A program made the translations under genes and the position numbers. This document shows, one piece after another, positions 25,986-32,000 of a stretch of DNA of 32,000 bases. The notes beneath the pieces were generated by a model that made no database searches, had not been told where the DNA came from, and worked only from the letters and a program-made list of their open reading frames with translations. The DNA comes from Promethearchaeota archaeon. GTDB taxonomy: Archaea > Asgardarchaeota > Lokiarchaeia > Sigyniarchaeales > SOKP01. The stretch covers positions 60,001 to 92,000 of the forward strand of contig JAUWGH010000001.1 of NCBI GenBank assembly GCA_030606485.1. The letters are read 5' to 3'. How positions within the stretch are numbered: position 1 is the stretch's first letter; every line of letters starts with the position of its first letter.

Positions 25986-28900
25986 GGGTTATTTAATTCA
26001 GACTATTATATCTCTTATAGAATCTTTAGAAAAAGATGAAGAATGGACAAGACTTGAACTAGAACCGAAAAATGAATCTGAAAAAGTAGATATTTGCTTT
26101 CATTATCCCAATAAAAAAAGAGTAATTCAAGTAAAATCCTCAGAAAATCAAATAAATTTAAATAAAATAAAAAAATGGTGTGAAGATCTAAAGAATTCCA
26201 CTGAGGCTGATGAATATGAATTAAAGTTGGTTGGAACTTCTTTTACTAAAGGTGCTTTAAATCAAATTAAATCTGGTCATTATATTGATGTCAAATTACC
26301 TGAACCTGAAACAATTAGCCTTGATAGATTGATTGAAATAAGCTCACATAGACTCTCCAAATATGTATTAAATACAGGAAATCTAATAACACCAATACTT
26401 AGTGAAAAAATTATAATCAATTTGATAACAGAATTACTTTTAAAATCCACCACTGGAGAGTGTATTCCAAGAGAGGATTTTAGACATAAAATTTTAAAAT
26501 TTTTTGCTTCAAATAAAGATGTATTTCGGGTAAAAATTTCAGATGACCTCTTAAAGGAAATAGAATATCACTATTTTACTTTCTTAATTGAGGAAATTAA
26601 TGAAAATCCTTTCATTGGAATCCCTACAGATATTAAAAGTGCATCAAAAAAATTAAATCTAGTGGATTATTTTGTTCCAATTCAGCTTCAAAAATATAAT
26701 TTTTCTCCAAAAGATAATGAGGAAAAACCCAAGATAGCAAATAAGCGATTTAAAATAAATTCAGTTTTAAGAGATAATGATAAATTAATAATTTTATCAC
26801 CTCCAGGGAGTGGTAAGACCACTCTCTTAAAAAGAATATTGTTACAATGTGTTGGTCCCGAAATTAGTAAAAAGATTCCTGATAATCTTGAAATAGATTA
26901 TATTCCATTGTATTTAAGATGTAGAAATATAAAAGTCAATCATTTCAATAATTTCTTAGAAAATCTTTACAATTTAGCAAATACAGCTGAAATGTTTGAA
27001 TTTAGTGATGAATTCAAATATTATATCAATTATTTAATTTTCAATAAGAATATTATTTTAATTATTGATGGATTGGATGAAATTTCAGATGAGCAATTTC
27101 GAGTTAGGTTTATAAAATATCTTTTGAGGTTTATTAGAAGGATAAGTACTATTAAGGTAATAGTAACATCTAGAGAACCGGGTTTTCGAATTTTAAAGGA
27201 TTATGTTACTGATGATTTTAATTTTTATACGATTACAGATTTAGATAAAGATGGTATCTTTAATTTAACAATTAAATGGTATGAAATTTTTGTAGGTATA
27301 AAAGAAAAACATCAAAAAGAAGCAAGAAATCTGGTTGAAGAAATCATAAAAACAGAGAATATATTTGAATTAGCAAAAAATCCACTTTTACTTACTACTT
27401 TACTATTTTTAAAGCGTTCTTTAGGTATAATACCTGCGAATAAGACAACTCTATACGATCAAGCGATACAATTATTAATTAAAACATGGAACGTGGAAGG
27501 GTTTAAACCCCTAAATTTAATTGATATTAGAGCACAACTTTCATTTCTATCTTATATAATGACAATCCAAGGAAAAAGCCAACTATTTCATCAAGAATTA
27601 ATGAAAATTATTCAACAAGCTCGTGAACAAATGCCAGAAGTGCTTGATTATTCAGAATTAAGCCCTTCAGATTTTCTTGAACGAGTAGAGTCTCGAACTT
27701 CATTGATCATACTTTCTGGTCGTGATCTAAAAAATGGTCTTTTAAAGGAAAAATATGAATTTAGACATAAGACTTTTCAAGAATATTTAACAGCTTTTGC
27801 AATTGTTAATGGTTATTATCCAAATCGTAAATCTACAGATAGCATTATATCTATTCTTGAACCTTATTTTGCAAACGATAATTGGGTAGAAATCATACCT
27901 ATGGTAGCAGTGTTAATGGGAAGGGATGCATATCAATTAATTAAGACCTTAATTAAATTTATAAGAAATTGGGAAGAAAAAAATAGAAGAACTCCTCTTA
28001 TATTTATGAATCCTTCAACAAAGGCTTTAATACAGTCTATTTTGGATGAGGCACAAATTCCTAAAAAATTAGTAAAAAAGGCTTTTACTATTTTACTAGA
28101 ATACTCAGCAAGGGTTTATATGCAACCAGAAAAATTATTTCTGTTTTTAAAATGTAAATATAAAGATATTTTTATAGAATTGGTTGAATCTTTTTTTATG
28201 ACAAAAGAAAATCTCCTTGATTTCGGGGATTTACTAGCCAGAATTTATAGAAGCTTTTTGAGTGAGGAAAAAGATTTCTTCCCATCAGAATTTGTGAAAG
28301 AGAGATTAAATTCTGAATATTCACTAAATCAAATTAAGAGTCTATTATTATTGATGATTTTTGCAGCAGATCTAAAAAATATTCATCAATTATCTTCAAG
28401 CCAAAAGAAAGAATTGTTTAATTTAGGCAATAAAATAGTTAATTTATTGTTAGATTCTAAAGAAAAGATAATATATTTTTCTGCAAGTTGGGCAATTACA
28501 CATTTTTTAATTAAAGGATTATGGACTCCAATTGATAATTATGAAATTTATCAGAGATTATTGAATTTATGGATAAATGAAGAAAGTGAGGATATTAAGT
28601 ATATTTTAAGTTGGGCAATTACCTCACTACCAATTATTGATAAATCATTATCCCCATTTATTTATAATAAAAGGATAGAACAACTTATATTAGAAAATTT
28701 AGAAAAAAAACCTTATGACGTCTATAAATATTATAAATTAAAAAAGCCCTTTCATGCTGCTTTAATTTTCTCGCATTATCTAAACATTCTAGAAGCAAAA
28801 GACATTGTAAAAAGTATTATTTCTTATTTTAAAATTTTAATCAGTACTACTGAGATATGTTATGAATCAAAAGATGTGATTATTAGAGACTTTAAACCAT

Positions 28901-29046
28901 TTATACCGCTTCTAAAGGCAGTAGGAGAGTCTGGAAAACCTTTATTAGATGAAATAGAAAAAATTAAAAATCTTAAAAAAGGAATGAGTTTTTATTCCAA
29001 TCTTTTGACTAAGGAAATAGACTATTTTCAATTTTTAAGTATCTAG
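25963..29046 (+). CDS. NLR-like NACHT NTPase with N-terminal PD-(D/E)xK (Cap4/DUF4297-like) nuclease and C-terminal helical repeats
   Basis: GGPEAIRGYLIQ, EPKNESEKVD and IQVKSS nuclease motifs; Walker A SPPGSGKTT; Walker B LIIDGLDE; VTSR, NPLLL and FRHKTFQEYLTA. TTG at 25963 follows an AGGTG RBS (track start 25951). Confidence 0.88.
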   Translation: MGGPEAIRGYLIQTIISLIESLEKDEEWTRLELEPKNESEKVDICFHYPNKKRVIQVKSSENQINLNKIKKWCEDLKNSTEADEYELKLVGTSFTKGALNQIKSGHYIDVKLPEPETISLDRLIEISSHRLSKYVLNTGNLITPILSEKIIINLITELLLKSTTGECIPREDFRHKILKFFASNKDVFRVKISDDLLKEIEYHYFTFLIEEINENPFIGIPTDIKSASKKLNLVDYFVPIQLQKYNFSPKDNEEKPKIANKRFKINSVLRDNDKLIILSPPGSGKTTLLKRILLQCVGPEISKKIPDNLEIDYIPLYLRCRNIKVNHFNNFLENLYNLANTAEMFEFSDEFKYYINYLIFNKNIILIIDGLDEISDEQFRVRFIKYLLRFIRRISTIKVIVTSREPGFRILKDYVTDDFNFYTITDLDKDGIFNLTIKWYEIFVGIKEKHQKEARNLVEEIIKTENIFELAKNPLLLTTLLFLKRSLGIIPANKTTLYDQAIQLLIKTWNVEGFKPLNLIDIRAQLSFLSYIMTIQGKSQLFHQELMKIIQQAREQMPEVLDYSELSPSDFLERVESRTSLIILSGRDLKNGLLKEKYEFRHKTFQEYLTAFAIVNGYYPNRKSTDSIISILEPYFANDNWVEIIPMVAVLMGRDAYQLIKTLIKFIRNWEEKNRRTPLIFMNPSTKALIQSILDEAQIPKKLVKKAFTILLEYSARVYMQPEKLFLFLKCKYKDIFIELVESFFMTKENLLDFGDLLARIYRSFLSEEKDFFPSEFVKERLNSEYSLNQIKSLLLLMIFAADLKNIHQLSSSQKKELFNLGNKIVNLLLDSKEKIIYFSASWAITHFLIKGLWTPIDNYEIYQRLLNLWINEESEDIKYILSWAITSLPIIDKSLSPFIYNKRIEQLILENLEKKPYDVYKYYKLKKPFHAALIFSHYLNILEAKDIVKSIISYFKILISTTEICYESKDVIIRDFKPFIPLLKAVGESGKPLLDEIEKIKNLKKGMSFYSNLLTKEIDYFQFLSI

Positions 29047-29407
29047 TTTTAATCTAATAAATCTTTTTAAAAAAAATTAGTGCTTTAAAAATTTTTCATA
29101 CTTTTTTTAATCTCTCAACTATTTTTAATGCCTTATTAACTTACAATTGAAAATCATTTAATTTTTCCTTTTTCTTCTTCTTAACCTCAATTAATCTAGG
29201 CATGAGCGGATTATTATATTCTGTATTCTCTATACGATTTGAAACCATTTTAATCATTTGATTTTTTAATTACTTGTGGGCATGAAGTTAGATTAAGGAT
29301 AATTATATTTTTTATTTTTCAAGAAAATTTTAACTATCTAATTAATTTCAGAAAGTTTCTTGATTCCTAAACAAATCATTTAAAAAGTTTAATTATTTTA
29401 TTACCAT

Positions 29408-29935
29408 ATGATGTCAAAATATAAATCAAAATTTAGACCTGAAGAAACTGAAATTTACAAAGTAGCAAATTTTACAGACTATCTTAATATAGAAATTCCG
29501 ATTAGTAAATTAGGAACAGGAAAACATTTTAATTATGTATATATCAATAGACTTGCCCGTTCTCTTGGTGAAACAATCATTTCCAAAATATACGGACCAT
29601 GGAATTACTATAAAATGGCCGCAGAACATCTTAAATCTTTTAATGTTGAGTTAGTTAATACTTATTTTTATTCAGATCTTAAACACAGAAAGGACATAAC
29701 AGATACACAGATGACAACAGATATATTAGATACATTATACAATAATCCAGATATAAATCTTTATATAATTGTCTCAGGAGATTTAGATTTTAAACCAGCA
29801 CTAATGAAAATTAAAAATGAACAGGAAAAGAAAGTAATTATAATATCTGATAAATTTTCTCTTAATCATCGGTTAAAGAAAATAGCAGATAAAGTATTAA
29901 GTTATCAAGATTTAGTAAAAATGTTTGAATTATAA
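29408..29935 (+). CDS. NYN-domain (LabA/DUF88, PIN-like) nuclease
   Basis: FTDYLN, KDITD and IVSGDLDFKPAL acidic motifs; ending LKKIADK. Confidence 0.85.
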   Translation: MMSKYKSKFRPEETEIYKVANFTDYLNIEIPISKLGTGKHFNYVYINRLARSLGETIISKIYGPWNYYKMAAEHLKSFNVELVNTYFYSDLKHRKDITDTQMTTDILDTLYNNPDINLYIIVSGDLDFKPALMKIKNEQEKKVIIISDKFSLNHRLKKIADKVLSYQDLVKMFEL

Positions 29936-29961
29936 TTAGGCATGTAAGGTAGAGTTTAGAA

Positions 29962-32000
29962 ATGATTTTAAGTAGTAAGGATACGGAAAGATTTCTTTTT
30001 TTTAAAAATTTGTTTTCTGAATTATTTTCAATTAATAAAATTTATGAAGAGAAACAAACTCTAAATAAAAGTTATATAATACCAATTTTAGAAGAAGGAC
30101 TTTCAAAAAGTATATATTTATCTGCGTTACTTGTACGGAGCCAACCCATAGAGGTTTTAGAACGAGAATTTCAAAAATATTTAGACACAATGGATTTTAA
30201 TATTCAATATGGATATAGACTAAATGAAGTTTTAAAATCTTATTATAATGGTTATGTCAATTTATTACTTTTTGAATCTGAACGATTTCATTTCACCGTA
30301 CATATAAAATTTAATAAAAATCTAACTGATACATATAATCTTAGAGTGATTTTTACTTTTTGGTATGAAAATCTAAAAAAAAGAAATGATTTCGATTTAA
30401 ATTATTTACATGGAATCTATGATGATTTCATATTAGGTCATAAAATATCAAATTCTCTTGAATCCATTGGTTATTCAAAGATTCAGTTAATCGACATTGA
30501 TAATTATAACCCTCAGACATATGTAAGTCAAAAGCCAAAAAATTTCTGGGTTGAGGAGAGACCTTTTATGTGTATAACAATGATGATTGAATTGCTTAAT
30601 GCGAATCCAATTAAATTAATTAATGATTTAGTTGAACATGTCTCAAGTGTAGAAAAGATTATTATTAATAATCGTGAAAAAACTTATGGAACATCCATAC
30701 AATTCTTTAAGGAATTTTCAATTGAATTACAAAATTTTATTGCAAAGGGAAATGAATTATTTAGAATTGCGGTTGATTCGAGTGAAACAGTATCAGAAAG
30801 AGGGATTCAAGCACAAAAAAAAGAAGACCTTTTAGAAGAGGAAAGTAAAACAAGAACATTAACACCACAAATAATAATTGAGTTATTTCAAAAAGCGTAT
30901 GAACAGGATCTGAAAAAAAATGAATCCAGAGAGGATAGAGGGTTCCGCTCATTAAGTACACTTTATGAAGAATATGGGAAAAGTTACCATTTTTCACGAG
31001 CAACATTGTATAATTGCTTTAATAATTCAAAATTAGAATTATTATTAGAAAAAAAAGAAAGAAAAAAACAAGGTGGTGGTTTTAAATTCAGAATAAAAGA
31101 TAGAGAATTATATGAAGAGATTAATGAAGAAAATCTTGAAGATCAGTTTATGAAAGAGAAAATGGAAATTGAAAAAGCATTATATCATTATAATAAAGAA
31201 GAGCCTGATCTTACAATAAAAATTCTTAAAAAAGTCTTAAGATCTTCAAGTAAACAATTACAAAAGGATCATAATTTATTTTTGGGCGCAAAATTTTATT
31301 TGTCAAAATGTTATTACCAAAAAGAGACTTATCAGCAATCATATGAGCTATGTGAACAGATACTGAGGGAGGATGATTCTCTTATAGATGTAAAACATTT
31401 AAAAGTCAAATCTCTCTTTAAATTACGAAAATTTGATGAGATAAATAATCTTTTAAAATCTTATATAAATGAGATAGAAAAAATATTCAAAATTTATGAT
31501 TTTTATTATGAGAAACATAAAAAATTGATAATTGGAAAATTTACTCCTAGCTATGAATATGCGAAAGAATTTTTTAAAAAATTAAATGAAGCAGATGACT
31601 TAACCAAATTTGTCTTATTGATCAATAAAGCTGAGTTCGACAATCGAATACATTTTACCGGGCGGAGAAAAAAACTGACCTTCTATAATAATAATACGAT
31701 AATTTTTGAAAAATTATTTAGATTTCTGGCAGAATATCTAATAATAAATATTGAACTTCACCGAAGGAAATTTTTCAGTCTAATTTTGGAAAATGATTTG
31801 GAAAAAATTAGAAAATCATTATCCGAGTTTATTTATATGTTAAAAAGTGAAAGATATGATAATTTATTTGAAGATGACTATTTTTTATATTACCTATATT
31901 ACTTTAGAAATATCTTAAATATATATATCGGGGAATCCGAATTATTGCTATTTGACAAGGAGTTAAAAGATAAATTTCCTAATTTTAACTTTAGAAGATT
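29962..32000 (+). CDS. Large hypothetical protein (3' end outside window) with a central wHTH-like segment and TPR-like helices
   Basis: Frame is open from ATG 29962 to the window end (at least 679 codons) and is absent from the track because there is no stop. Contains LSTLYEEYG..FSRATLYNCF..KQGGGFKFRI followed by AKFYLSKCYYQKETYQQSYELCE. Confidence 0.85.
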   Translation, partial: MILSSKDTERFLFFKNLFSELFSINKIYEEKQTLNKSYIIPILEEGLSKSIYLSALLVRSQPIEVLEREFQKYLDTMDFNIQYGYRLNEVLKSYYNGYVNLLLFESERFHFTVHIKFNKNLTDTYNLRVIFTFWYENLKKRNDFDLNYLHGIYDDFILGHKISNSLESIGYSKIQLIDIDNYNPQTYVSQKPKNFWVEERPFMCITMMIELLNANPIKLINDLVEHVSSVEKIIINNREKTYGTSIQFFKEFSIELQNFIAKGNELFRIAVDSSETVSERGIQAQKKEDLLEEESKTRTLTPQIIIELFQKAYEQDLKKNESREDRGFRSLSTLYEEYGKSYHFSRATLYNCFNNSKLELLLEKKERKKQGGGFKFRIKDRELYEEINEENLEDQFMKEKMEIEKALYHYNKEEPDLTIKILKKVLRSSSKQLQKDHNLFLGAKFYLSKCYYQKETYQQSYELCEQILREDDSLIDVKHLKVKSLFKLRKFDEINNLLKSYINEIEKIFKIYDFYYEKHKKLIIGKFTPSYEYAKEFFKKLNEADDLTKFVLLINKAEFDNRIHFTGRRKKLTFYNNNTIIFEKLFRFLAEYLIINIELHRRKFFSLILENDLEKIRKSLSEFIYMLKSERYDNLFEDDYFLYYLYYFRNILNIYIGESELLLFDKELKDKFPNFNFRR

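Larger units (their letters stand above)
15893..32000. other. Putative accessory/genomic island (surface, signalling and defence genes)
   Basis: Abrupt change from packed housekeeping genes to small ORFs, long AT-rich gaps, a gene duplication and nucleases. No integrase, tRNA or att site was seen, so the boundaries are approximate. Confidence 0.55.

Noticed and set aside
29141-29257. 38-aa minus-strand ORF (MIKMVSNRIE...KKKKKEKLNDFQL)
   Set aside because: No RBS or motif, and it is opposite in orientation to both neighbours; cannot be supported.
29279-29953. Similar short sequences GGCATG(T)AAG(T/G)TAGA flanking the NYN gene as possible cassette recombination sites
   Set aside because: They are short and imperfect, are not found around the other island genes I checked, and no recombinase is present.
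4064-31006. Short track ORFs overlapping well-supported genes (4064, 6067, 10269, 10746, 12373, 13607, 13985, 15726, 17748, 20747, 21709, 24407, 30761)
   Set aside because: They are antisense or alternate-frame shadows of genes with clear motifs and have no recognisable features of their own.

Overview
Very AT-rich archaeal DNA: RadA and tRNA-splicing endonuclease EndA are present, with GGAGGTGA-type ribosome-binding sites. Gene content and composition suggest an Asgard (Lokiarchaeia-like) archaeon; this assignment is inference. Bases 1-15.9 kb are densely packed housekeeping and metabolic genes: radA (5'-truncated), a cold-shock protein, an MBL hydrolase, a six-gene minus-strand run (AmrB/MEMO, rhomboid, coiled-coil protein, PfkB kinase, membrane hydrolase, FTR-like protein), endA, DUF47, a DedA/TVP38 protein, VIT1 and an HgdC-type activase. 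A tight three-gene operon follows: an alkyl-DHAP-synthase-like flavoprotein, a CCG/Fe-S protein and a GK5-like glycerol kinase. From about 16 kb to the end the window looks like an accessory island. It holds four small two-helix membrane proteins with conjugative-pilin or spindle-virus-coat-like architecture around a DNRLRE+Ig-repeat surface protein, a ~170-nt structured non-coding element with alternative pairings, duplicated TPR genes, a membrane-anchored receiver protein, an unannotated double zinc ribbon, a SocA/Panacea-like-nuclease fusion, a nuclease-NACHT protein, an NYN nuclease and a large wHTH/TPR protein running off the end. No tRNA, rRNA, CRISPR array, integrase or transposase was seen.
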